Positions 12,036 through 25,000 of a stretch of 64,000 nt of DNA are shown here, piece by piece. The first letter of the stretch is position 1. Every line of letters begins with the position of its first letter. The DNA is from Mytilus californianus (Eukaryota). Position numbers and translations under genes: made by a program. The DNA is taken from the NCBI RefSeq assembly GCF_021869535.1, contig NW_026262581.1:97092001-97156000 (forward strand), given 5' to 3'. The notes under the pieces are model-generated. The model ran no database searches, was not told the origin of the DNA, and saw only the letters and a list, made by a program, of their open reading frames with translations.

Positions 12036-13414
12036 TGACACGAGTACATGTAAAAACAGCTTGTCATACTAATGTGTTCCAAAAACAAAACAAAAACGTT
12101 TGGCCTACATATATGGTACTTTCAAAAACACAAACATAATGCATGTATTTTTTCTCACGGATTTTAGAACAATCTAAATTAGTAATGCTAGAGGGTAATG
12201 GAAAATACAAACTAGAATTAAAGGTATCCTGGGATCCTGACCCCAGCTTCTCTTCCCGTCTACTGCCAGGCAGTGAGCGATAATCACGGGATAAATCTAA
12301 AGGTTAAATATATGTCCTATTAGAATTAATAAAATTGGAAAGGTTTCATGAGAAAAAATATTACACTTCAGATTTTTCATTAAGCCATTCTATGGTTTAG
12401 TGATAACCATTGCTCTCAATATTTCATGAGTATTGAATCTTCTGGCCTCATTTTGAGTTGAGTTTTGATTTCATGTGTAAATTATTTAGATACTTCCATC
12501 TAAGGCGCCAAATAACTTCTCAAATATGACAATAGCAAAAATAGCCAGTTTACTGTAATAACTAATATTTAGAACATTATCACGTCTTCTTTTCAAATCT
12601 TAAAACACGGACAAATTAAATTCTTTAATTGGTAATGCCTGATTTCTTTTACGCTTTTTATTGATTAATAATGACCGAGTAATGTTTACCATTACATTCT
12701 AACATGTAACTAGTGACCAAATTTCTATCCTCTGGATATAAACAAATTCACGGTTAATTGAATCTTTTTTCTCTCTGTCCTGTGGGAAATAAAAGTTGTT
12801 CGTCTCAGTTTTTGACCTGTTCCAAATGTATGTGAATAATCAATTGTTATTGTTAAAGTCAAACGAATAGGGGTACATCAATTCATCATATACTACCAAT
12901 ACAGCATATGATACTGTAGGTATGTACACCATTATTTGTTATACCTTATTATTATATTTAGTTCACTGTTGTGCCATAAGACGAATGAATTTGTCAAACT
13001 TCGAATTTTCGTACAGTTTAGAATGCTTTTTTTTTTTAAATAGCACTGGTGTGAAATAAATTCCGTAAGCGGAATAACTCGGACTTAACTGGGAGTTTTT
13101 TGTACTGCAATGGTTTTTGTGCTAATCAATAATACAAATTGAAATATAGTAGTGGATAATGCTCTTCAAAATCACTTAACGAAATACCATGATACCAAAG
13201 GTCGAAGATTTAAACATATAATCTATACTATAACGATATTAATAATATTTAATATAGGAGACAGATTTGTAAAAGCAAATTTGCTTGTTTCTGAATCCTT
13301 AATATTTATTTCAATTGTATCATATCGTTTGGTGATGATTTATCTGAAAAAATATTGTTTAAAATAAGATTTCAACAAAAATAACAATAGATGAAAAAAA
13401 AACACTTTTATAAG

Positions 13415-13600
13415 TTTCTTGCGTCCGAAGCCTAGTTCTGAATCAGGAACGCTCAAACCCAAGAGTTGAAAGCCTTTGGTGTATACATACCTCAAACACG
13501 AGAGTTGAAAGCCTTTGGTGTATACATACCTCAAACACGAGAGATGAAAGCCTTTGGTGTATATATACCTCAAACACGAGAAGCTATTTACCAAAACGAA
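13415..13600 (-). mobile_element. Decayed hammerhead-bearing repeat (family B) containing a 39-bp tandem repeat x3
   Basis: Helix I arms GCGTTC/GGACGC kept but core damaged; similar to 54030-54215; units at 13462-13500, 13501-13539, 13540-13578. Confidence 0.6.
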
Positions 13601-14529
13601 TCGCTTATCCTTTCTGAGTTCACACTCTAGTGTTTAGTTGGATTTATGTTGCTCAAATACCCCCATATTTTTCTCTGCCGCAGTTTGATTGTTCGTTTGG
13701 TTTTTTTAACTCCTCTTGCACGGAGGACCAGTGTGAGTTATTCTCATCACTTGACGTTCGTTGTCCGTTAATTTTTACCAAAAAGCTTTCCCTCTGAAAC
13801 TTTAGGTCAAAGTTGAACTGATAAAATTTGTTCACAATCATTCTTATGTATATGTTTAAAACATGTCCAAAGATCTCACCTGCCAAGCAAAATGGACAGA
13901 ACAAATAGGAGCAAAACGTTTAAGAGGAACCACTAGTAGAAAGTCAACGATGTTCGTGCAGTAGCATTATCAAAAGTAAATTTCATTTCCATGAAGATTT
14001 AATTGTCCCGCCCCCACAATTATGGTCCAATGTCTATGAAATTTTTGCAAAGTCGACATTTCAAAGATTGTACCAAGATTTCAAATGACTCAATTGACAT
14101 CATCAACACTTTGTTGGAGTTAAGCCATTGTATTTCGATTTCACCCAATTTTGCGTTTTGTGTGGAAATTATGATAGAAAGAGAGAAATTAAGCACATTT
14201 TTTTTCTTCTACAGGACAAACCTGTCTACGAAAAAGTCAACATAGTCAAAATCAATAATCAACTCCTGAAAGGAATTATTGCTTTTAATGACGATGTTTA
14301 TCCATTTCTGCATTTTTTTTTAAATAAACTACAGAAGATAGAAAGAAAATGTAAAAGCAAAAATGATCAGTAAAATAAAAATCTAAACAAATAAGTTAAC
14401 ATGGCCGAAATCGTAAGTCAACTTCTTGTTGAAATTATTTACCTTGACTAACGTTTTTTATCTATTTTTGCAGACACTTAAGTGGATTGAGAGAAAATGT
14501 AATAACAAAAATGATTAGCAAAATAAAAT

Positions 14530-15437
14530 CGACAAAGCGATCATATATTCCATCTTCGCCGGCGGGGTCAACATTTAGGTTAAGTCTGTGGTTAATTTTG
14601 TTTTTAGACATCAATAAATTAGTCAAACCTTAATGGAATTTGGACAGAAGCTTTTTTATGACAAAAAGACAGTATCCAGTGCAAAATTTTGAAAATGTTT
14701 GTTTTCATTTTCCCCTAGTTTACTGTTAAACGGACTTAGTTTTTTTTTACAGTTTACGTTTTTATATTAAAATGCAGTCCAAAGTTAAATTTGTCACGTC
14801 AGTCATCAATAACTTTGCGTCAAACCTTCATTGAATCTTACAAAAGTTGGACAGAAGATTTTAGGATTATAAAAAAAGTCATTATCCAGAGCAAAATAAT
14901 ATTTTTTTGTTGACATCTTTGCGTATTTTACTAATTAGTTTTTTTTTGCAGTTAACAGGTAGATACAGTCTGGGCTTAAAGTTTGTTACACATCAAATCT
15001 TTTTGAAGTATCATATTGTCAATATAATACTTCCATGGTAAAACGATCATATAATTTTATGAAACTTTGGCAGAAGGTTTTTATAATCATGAGATAATGT
15101 CTAAAGCAAAATTATGAAAATATATTTCTTTCATTTTTCAGTATTTTACTGATAGATGGACTTAGTTTTTTTGCAGTTAACATTTACTTACAGTCGTGGA
15201 TTAAACTTTTTTGACATGTTAAATTTGAAAACCTTCATGGATTGTTGAAACTTGGACAGAAGCTTATCTTCAAGATCAAGAAATAGTAGCTAAAGAAAAA
15301 GTTTGATTTTTAGTTTAAATTTTGTATTTTACTGATAAATGGACTCACATTTTACAGTCAACATTGCACGTTTTCACTGACAGCAGCAATCGCAGAAGTG
15401 ACACTGGGTTTCACGGAACCCTTTACGATATTTTTTT
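14530..15437 (+). mobile_element. Degenerate Helentron-associated non-autonomous element (HINE-like), 192-bp array family
   Basis: Decayed head, ttggacagaag-containing internal repeats, 3' gacactgggtttcacggaaccc hairpin followed by T-run, as in 44461-45492. Confidence 0.65.
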
Positions 15438-16003
15438 ATAAGATCTACAAATAGGTTAACATACCCTATATCGGTATAGGAGTTGTTGTACCTTATTCAC
15501 AATTTAACCTTATTTTTTTTTATATATTCTTGAAAACTATACATGTATTTGATATGCAGAAATTTATCCATCTTAAAAGACCAGCAAGAGAAAATACAAG
15601 GTCATGGAAGCCTCTAGTTCTTTTTGGCCATGTTGTTGTCGTTTGTTTCCTTTGATAGGTTTGTATTGCCTCCTTGGTATCTTTGTCATTTATTGTTATC
15701 ATTTTGCTATATTATTTAAATAATGTTACGTTTATCAACACCCAAATAATGAAAAAAACAAACAAAACCCATTAAGTTTAGACATACAACAACTGATAAC
15801 GAAGTTCCTTGCTTGGAAGTTGTTTTCACTTAAAACATAGGAGGAGTTGGAAAAGTAATACCTATGTATCACCTTCCCCGATTTTCATGTATCGAGATTC
15901 GATAGCTGCAATTCAAATTATTGAATGCATGGTTTTATTTTCATTTTTTTTTTTTTATTTTTCAATACTCTTTTGCAGACATTGCATTTACTTAAATGAT
16001 TGA

Positions 16004-16048
16004 ATGATGGATTCGGAAAGAACAGATGATATGGATCAAGGCAATAGC
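16004..16048 (+). CDS. TRPM: TRPM-like putative first coding exon (MMDSERTDDMDQGNS)
   Basis: Strong acceptor before 15979, in-frame TGA directly before ATG, donor gtatgt. Confidence 0.45.
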
Positions 16049-19000
16049 GTATGTTTAAGAAAGATAAGTGAAATGACTTTTGAATGTTGCTTATACAAAA
16101 GTTAAAACCCTATAATAATAATCAGTATAATCTATCCCTTCTATATGGTTTTCAAAAGTTCTCTTTATATGAACAGACTTACATTTTGACCCCTTAAGGT
16201 TTTTACTCTTTAGTTTAGTTTTATTGTTTTATCAATAAAGTATATCACATCTACTTATATTTACATTTACAGTTTTGTAATAAGTAATACTGGGCCACTT
16301 TTATCAAAATCTTGGGTACAAGGTAATCGTACTATATTTCAGTCACATATTTTAAAAATGCTTTCGCAACCTGTATAATATAGGAAAGAAAAATACTACA
16401 TTCATACATGTGATATATATAATATTAGTTTTGATACGTTTTATATCGTTATTCGTCTTTTGTCTGTCCTTAACTTTTAAAAAAAATTACAAATACTTGA
16501 TCCAAAATGGTCAAATATTAAAAAATTCATTTGAGATGTCAAAATTACCACTGTATTCAGATAATTGTTCTAGTAACTTTTCACTAGTTAAAAAAATTTA
16601 TTATAAGTTAAGCAATATCAGATTTCACTGAAAGTAGTGGTTAAAGACCGTATTTTCACTGAATGGTGTGTATAGATATCGTAATTCGCTGAATATGGTA
16701 TATTTGTATCTAATCCTCACAATGACTTTCTTACAAAAAATAGAACAGTTTTGTAGCTAATCTGTTCTATGCAAGAATTTATTCAACTGTATGGTTTACC
16801 TAGAGATGTCTGGCTTATTGTAGGTCGCTCAAAATATGAAAGTGTAAAAATATCCCGTACATAAAACACATCTACTTATTGCATATATTTGTTTACTACA
16901 TGTATCATATACACCTTCATAAAAGATAATTCCTTATCTACAATATATGGTTAATATGACAATGTATAAACCTATACTTTGAAATTTGTATAAACCTACG
17001 CTTTGAAATTTTACTGTATTTATTTAACTGATTAATGTAAGACATAAGACATAAGACATAAGACATAAGACATAAGACATTTTATTCCACTTAAGCCCCA
17101 ATATGGGGTATGTTAGTACAACATTTTATATTATTCACATTGTTTGACATTTGAGCTATCTCCCTTTTATTATAAAAAAAAAGTAAATTTAGCTAAGTTC
17201 ATCATGACTTCTATGTCTTAACATCAGATATAAATAATTTGATATATAAAAAATATATACTTTAACAGATAAACGATGGAGTTTACTAGAAGCAGAAGTG
17301 AAATATGCTACAGGCACATCACAAAAGGTATAAAATGATAAGAAAAGGATAGCTCAATTAGGTCCATGCTGTACGATGATGCATTAGTATTCACACTAGT
17401 TCAAAAAATATAATACAATGGTCTGTTCAGAATTCTCGGAAAGTGGTGGATCAAAGGTTTTGACCACCTAATTTTGCCAAGGACAGACTCAATTTTGGTA
17501 TTTTACAATAGAAATAATTGTGAGGACCAGTAGATTTTCTTTAATAACCACCTGGGAAAAATAGATTTCGGGAACTCTGGGTCTAATTATATGCTTACGT
17601 GCTTTTGTTTGATCATTTCAGATACCTCTTACAAATCTTGAAACTTTATATAAATGTAGAAGAAAAATATAGACACTTATCAAAGCTTCTCCTTTATCAT
17701 AGGACATATAAGAGCATGTTTGTGCCAATAAGCAGCAACAATGTAACAATCATTATACCATTGACGAATGACAATCATTATGTTTTGAAAATAGAAAAGA
17801 CGATAATGAATTTTTACTAATATTTCATCTTTATCAATAACTTATCTTTACATAACAATTTACCAGTCAATATAGTAAACGTGTTTTTGCTATCAAATGG
17901 TGGAATTATTTGGAAAAAAGGCATTAGATGCATGATTTTTTTATTAGTTGTTTTTGGCTTTGAACTAGCTGTCAGTAACTGCGAGTACTCTCAGATCTGT
18001 ACTTAGCGTCTTTTTGTTGTTGGGATGTACAAATACCCGTCTACGTCCACTTTGTTAGATGTATTTCTATTTTTATCCATCTGATGACTTGAGCCTTTTT
18101 CAACTGATTTTTATAGTTTGTTCATATGTTGTGCTGTTACACCACTGTCCCAGGTTAGGGGAGGGTTGGCGCCTTCAAACTAGTTTAACCCCGCCACATT
18201 CTGTATGTGCCTGTCCCAAGTGAGGAACCTGCAATTCAGTGGTTATCGTTTGTTGCTGTGTTACATATTTGTTTTTCGTTCATTATTTTGAACATAAATT
18301 AGGCCGTTAGTTTTCTCGTTTGAATTGTTTTACATTTGTCATTTCGGGGCCTTTTACATCTGACTATGCGGTATGGGTTTTGCTCATTGTTGAAGGCCGT
18401 ACGGTGACCTATAGTTGTTAATTTCTGTGTCATTTGGTCTATTGTGGAGAGTTGTCTCATTGACAATCATACCACATCTTATTTTTTATAAAACCCAACT
18501 TTGCCAACTGCATGGTCATCTTAATGATGTTTTACAGATTGAGATAAATCTAGGAAATGATATTCCACAATTGAAAACAATGACCTACAAACCAAAGTTA
18601 TATCTCATGTTTGTAACCGAAGATCCGACCAGTGACTTATTGATTGATGAAATACGACAGTTTTCAAGTAAGATGTAATATGTTATAATCCTTTTAATAC
18701 AAGAAAAATGCTATTTTGCAAATGATTTACAGGTAAAATTCAAGTAATGAAAAAAAGTCGAAAAATATACACGACTGTAGTGGTGCTCAAATCAAAACAG
18801 TTGGAAAGCCAAATCACTTTCGAAGTTGGAGAGCATTGAAAACCAAAAACTTCAAACAGTTGTGCAAATAACTCTAAGGCAATATAGAAAGCAGCAATTG
18901 TGATAAAAGTGATATATGAGGGATTTGGACCCATGTTTCTGTGACATTTATATACAACTTCTGATTACCATACGATGTTTATAATTTTATACCTGTTTCT

Positions 19001-22000
19001 CAGCCATAATCCCGTTCCAGAGGCTTTCAGAACTTTTTTTAACAATATTTTGTAAAAGTGTGATTGGTTTTGATACATTAACAAAAGTCAAGAGTATTTT
19101 TATGCAGAAAAGAAGAAGTTGCCATGTCATATTATAGAGCAGAAACTGGTATTTCTCGGAGACAAAACTAGTTCTGTTTGCATCAACGGACATACGTCAG
19201 ATGAATCTATACAGGTACAATAAAATGTTTCTACTCGGGCACTAAAGGCATTTTTTATTTTGCACATAGTAAAGTAGAGGGACAGCATATATAAACTACA
19301 GTTATTGTATTTTTGCATGGATAAAAGAAAGAACTCGCAAAAGGAGGTAAAATAAATTGAAATGTTAAAAAAAGTAAAAATTTTAAATGCAAAGAGAAAC
19401 AAAGAAAATCGAAGAGTGGGGACAATCACAAATTGACATAAAGTTACTTTAGATTATCCATACTCTGTGTCTTTCACGCCGTTGTATCGTTTGAATTTCT
19501 AATCTTCTATTTTACATCTGTTTGGCTACGAGCTACTTGTTCTTTTTGAGCATAAACCCAGAATAGCACTGGTAGCTTTAGCAAAAATAACCATCAGTTT
19601 ACATGTAAAGCCAATACTTAAATACATGTAGGTAGTGAAAGTTTAAATCAAGAAGGACATCAGATTTATGCTTGATTTATTGCTAGAAACTAGTACAAAA
19701 AGGATGCTCGATATTTCAAAGAGGGAATACAGAAAAAGACGAGAGTGAAATCAGTTACTTCAAGAGAATGACTGAAGGTATGGACTTTCTATTATAGCTT
19801 CATTATCTTTACTAAAAACGTTTCGACAATGTAATGTCCAGAACTACTACATGATAAAGACTATAAAATGTTTGTAGCCATAAAAAAGGAATAATCTCAT
19901 GTTGATAAGTTTAAACGCAGTATGTAGTTTTCCCGCCTGTGACGCATGCTAGGGGCCTCGGTGGCCGAGTGGTCTAAGTAGTCGAACTATTGTATCACTA
20001 GCCTGTCAACGCTGAGGTTTAGAGTTCGAAACACCGCTCGTTGCAAGTACGCTCGTCTCCAATCTTAATTGACTAGGATTGTCAGTGTTCTTACCGAAGG
20101 TCAGTGTTTCTCTCCGGGCACTCCGGCTTCCTCCACCAATAAAAACTGACCGCCGCGAATTTTAGCACAATAGTTCTGAATGTGGCGTTAAATACAAATC
20201 AATCAACCAATCCCGCCTGCCTGCGACGAATCCAAGACAGATAGATACTGATCTGGAAGCAGTTTAAATTATTTGTAAATAAACTGAACAAGTACAATAA
20301 AAGATCTGCTAGTAACACCTAATTCTAAAAAAGCCCAAAATCATTATGATGGCAACCCTACATTTCGTCGATGGCGTCGTCAACATTTGGGTTCATTCAG
20401 TGGTTTAAACATAAATAGCTTTGTCAAGCCTCCATCATGGAATTTAGTGAAACCTAGACAGAAGCTTCTTTATTATCTAGAAACAAAACAGATTTCCAAC
20501 AAGATTGTTGCCATTTTTTTCCGTAACATCAGAAAAAAATCTAGACAAAACTAAATGTTTACAACAATGTGGCAAGATAATAATTATTTAAGTTACATTA
20601 ATGTCATTTTAGCTGTCATAGGAGAGAAAGTTCTGCCAGTGATTGTTTCATTATGCATTGGAGAACAAACAAAAAACGTGCGGGAAAATGCTAGAAAGTT
20701 GAAGATTCCAGTTGTTCAATTCAAGGTAACAAGAAAGAATTCAATCAGTAAAATTTCAGATCATAAAAGAGATAAATGCATTATTTTTTCGATTTTCAGT
20801 TATAGTTCAACGAGCCAAGGTTGTATGTAAAATTTTAGCACATACCTAGCCCATTTACTGTTCCTTGACCTTTTAAAGTCATTTAAATACAACTCGCGAA
20901 TATTCATCAGTTTTGAATATTATTACTTCCGATTAGAAGGAATAACATAAGGATGACAGTCACCTGCTTTTATACATTTGAAAGTTGAGCTTCAAAATGT
21001 GGTTTATTTACAAAGGTTTATGTGTAACTTTTTGAAGCATTTATATATCCTTGAAAATGTTTTGATTGGAACGTTCCTAGTAAAGGTAAATCCAGAAAAA
21101 TGCTGCGAACGCATAAATTTGAAAGTGTTACTTTGTTTAAGATTTAGGAGATTAAAACGGTATATTGATCTTATAGCATATTATACTTTTATGTTATATA
21201 TAAATGTGTTTCCGTGTCATAAATCCGGGAATTCTATCAAAACGATATAAGAATTTCTTTTGTTGCAGAAGAACAATTCGAATGTGTACGTGCTGACAGA
21301 CGAATATAATGAACATATAATAGATCTGAACACTCCTTGGAATGCAAGGAAACAACATTCTGTACTTGAGATTAATGATCACGAAGAAATATCATCTATT
21401 TCCGAAATCCAAGGCAAAATGGATTTGGACCTCTTGATTTGTAACCTGCTCATCGGAGGTATATGATAAATGAAACAAATGAATTTTTGGGAGTATTATT
21501 TGCATGGAGAATGGGTTCCAGTCAATCTCGTGCAATCAAAACTACGTATTCATTGATATATATATATACATTTTGTTCTGTTATTTAACAGATTTAAACA
21601 CCCTTCGCAACACTTCAAAAATAATTTACTTACCACCATGACGTATGAATTATTCTCTTTTGTAAAATACAACATTTGTCACGTAGGAGTTTTTCTCTTT
21701 TGTAAAATACAACATTTGTCGTAGGAGTTTTTATACACAATGAAAATTGATTATTATTTTTGCGATAAATGAAAACAATATTGAGACGAATATCAGTGAA
21801 TGTACTTTAAATAGTTTCGGCATTTCAGAATATGAACACTCCGTTATAAAAAGAAGATACTCACTGTTGTTTTATTTTCAGTTTTAATGACAGAAGAGGA
21901 TGAGATATATGTAAGATACACCATTTATAAGCATTACACTTCATGACTGGAAACGCTACAAAAAATAATATGTTTGCATTTCAGACATAGCATATCTATC

Positions 22001-25000
22001 CTCAATTGGCTTCTGTTTCTTTTCAATAAAAAAAACCCAGATACGATATAGGAAAAGTAACACACTGCATCAATGAAAAATTCTTTCCGTTAACAAATAT
22101 CAAGGTGGAAAATAGCATACAACGTTAACGTCAACAGATTTTAATGTATGAGCACAGCAATCGGGAAGAAATCCGTACTGCAGTTGCAGTAGTTTGGATA
22201 TATAACTTCCTATACAATCAGTATTACAGTAAAAATCAGTAAGTAAATGTACCTATATATGACAATGAACAACTTTCATCGTGGGTATTGATACTGAAAA
22301 GAATAAAAGCTACATCTGAAAAACCAATAAACCAATAAATTCATCTGACAGGAAGGAATACTCTATTGGAAGTTTTGTTGTTTATGCAATACAGAAATTT
22401 TAAACGATTGCAACCAAGAGGTATATATTCAAAACATTGTTGATCAAATGAAACAGACAAGCCCAAACTACCAAAACTACAACAGATTGAGACAGACACT
22501 AGGAAAAAAATCCAACAAGTAAGCGACTAAAGAAAATAAAAAACACAAATCTGTGATAATTTGTTTTTCATAAATTAATCTACACATATTTACGCCTTTT
22601 TAAATGCGTTTTCTGCAAGTTATATTTTGATTTGAAAATAAAATCTTTTTCAATCTTTTTAGGGAGATGATACAGAAATATTTTGGAACGCATTATCAAT
22701 GTATCTTTTGAAAATTGGCAAATGGCAAATCCCGAAAGAAATTGTAACTAGATCGTTCGACCATCGTTCGATAGAATACATTTATGAAAAGGTAAGTTCT
22801 GATTCATGGGATCATATCAGCAGGGAGAGAGATATGACGACAATACCGGAGTCACTTATAACATAAGACAATCTACCAAACATGGGCAACATGTTCTAAA
22901 CTACATGAGTCCAGGTTGGTTGAAGCCTCTATTTAAAATACCAGAGGAAAAGTTGATCTTGTAATATCTATGAGTATGCCATAGACAGGAACATAAAAAA
23001 CTGGTGTTGTAAGTTACACAGCACTGGATACATGGGGTTTGTTTAATACATGCAATATTTTGTGACCCGAATGCACACTGTTATCGGTTTATGTATTATT
23101 AACGAATTGGTAAATTCAGTAGATTGAGATTCCAACAGAACGACTGCATTTCAGTAACACTCTTTCCTTTGATTTCTAATAATATATAGGATAATTGATA
23201 TTTAAAATTCCTATGAATTCAAGACAAAAACGTCGAGAGAAATTTATGTACATATTCGTAAATAATACATAAAATCGATAACAGAAATTACCAAAAAAAT
23301 GTCAACAATACAACAGAACCCACCAACCAAGAACCACCAACACCTGACTTCTTCATAGTTGTCTATGAGAGATGGAGTACTTTGAGACTCGAGCTGATAA
23401 AAGACATCTGTGGTACGGTACAATAGCCTTATGTAAATAAGGAACTGGTATTTTCTGGCGGTGCTGTCTTAAAAAAAAAATCCACAACGACAATGTTTCA
23501 ACAGAACGAGCCAGCAGTTGCGTGTCGTGTATATCCTTATTGAAATATTCCCAGCAGACTATAAACGTATTAATTAAACTCATCATAGATACCTGGATTA
23601 CAATGAGTTCAACAGACGTTCGTTTCGTCTTCAAAGGTCTCATCAGTGACTCTCGAATAAAATCTTTTTTAAAAAGCCAAATAAAGTACGAAGTTGAGGA
23701 CATTAAGTACCCACAATTCTGAAAGGTTTTGCCAAATACAGCTAAGGTAATCTATTCCTGGGCTAGAAAAACCTTAGTATTTCGAAATTCAACATACCCA
23801 TTATTTCATTGTTCACTGTTTTGTTGACAGTTGTTTTATATAGTCGTCTTTTCTTGGGGGGTGGGGGTAGTTCAACTTGTCGAAGTTGTTTTCAAAACCA
23901 AAAACCCTGGTGTAATTTTCCTTGAAATAAACCGACAAAGAAACGGAAGGTATTTCAATGAAACTTTGATGCCAAAGAATGAATGCTTAAATGTTCATAT
24001 TTTCCAGCAGACAGGTCAGGTCTACTGAAACAAGACCAAGTTCATGCGGACAAGTTGATTTCAGATAACTTTTACAAAGCATGCACTTGTAATTACCCGA
24101 GTATAATTAAAACGTTATATTGATTGTTTGGTGATTCTGACGGATTAACCTGAAATAATCTTCACTTATAAACCTTGGTTGTTTACATTGGTGTATATTG
24201 AATTATTAGGAACTGACAACGGAATTTGAAAATGGTATATGGAAAGACTTAGAGAAGTTGAGTGGCAAGGCATATATCCCACCTAAAGGTAAATGCTATT
24301 TTATTACAGGGGCGGATCCAGCCATTTATAAAAGGGGGTTCCTAACCCAGGATAAAGTGTGTGTGTGGGGGGGGGGGGGGGGGTTCCAACTATATGTCCC
24401 CATTCAAATGCATTGATCGTCAAAAAAAAAGGGGGGGGGTTTCCAACCCCCACCCAACCCCCCTGGATCCGCCACTGTACATTATTATCTCTTCAAATCT
24501 TGGTTTGTTCTCTGTTTTCTGTCATAATTGCATTATATGTACAAATCTATATACTTTGTTATTTTTCTACGGCAACATTTTTACTGATGCAATTAATATT
24601 CATTCATTCATTCATTCATTCATTCATTCATTCAATAGAATATTTCCTGTGTAATGTTACGTGGACTATTGGTTGTCTCTTTGTTCTCGGTCTGTTTTCT
24701 GTTTAACTTCGATCTATTTTTGTTTTTCATTGCCCCCCTTCGAAAGTCCAAATTTTGTTTTGATAATAATTATGTTCTTGGCATTAAATTGAAGCTGAAA
24801 TGAAATACAACTTTTTATTCTTCCGTCCAATTCTGATTTTGTGAAAATACTGACGAAATCAGATAAATAGTGTGGTTCCTGAATATGTTGTTATTGTATT
24901 TTATTCAATGGGCTTGACCAAAACAGACTAAGTAGTCTTATGCCAACATCGCAAAAGGTAGTTGAAATAATGATAAAACGCCTATATATTACAAATATCG

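Noticed and set aside
13462-13578. CRISPR-like array (39-bp repeats); also the 168- and 192-bp arrays
   Set aside because: Units are head-to-tail with no unique spacers, no cas genes, eukaryotic context
18081-18110. CTGATGA as a hammerhead core in family R2 (also ~53360 and ~45970)
   Set aside because: No helix II/GAAA/NUH arrangement follows
19952-20040. tRNA gene (also 57410-57500)
   Set aside because: A and B boxes are present but there is no full cloverleaf; it runs into a SINE core and microsatellite tail
21653-21732. 40-bp direct repeat (also the 24-bp duplication at ~16963-17010) as a functional element
   Set aside because: Simple two-copy slippage duplications in introns
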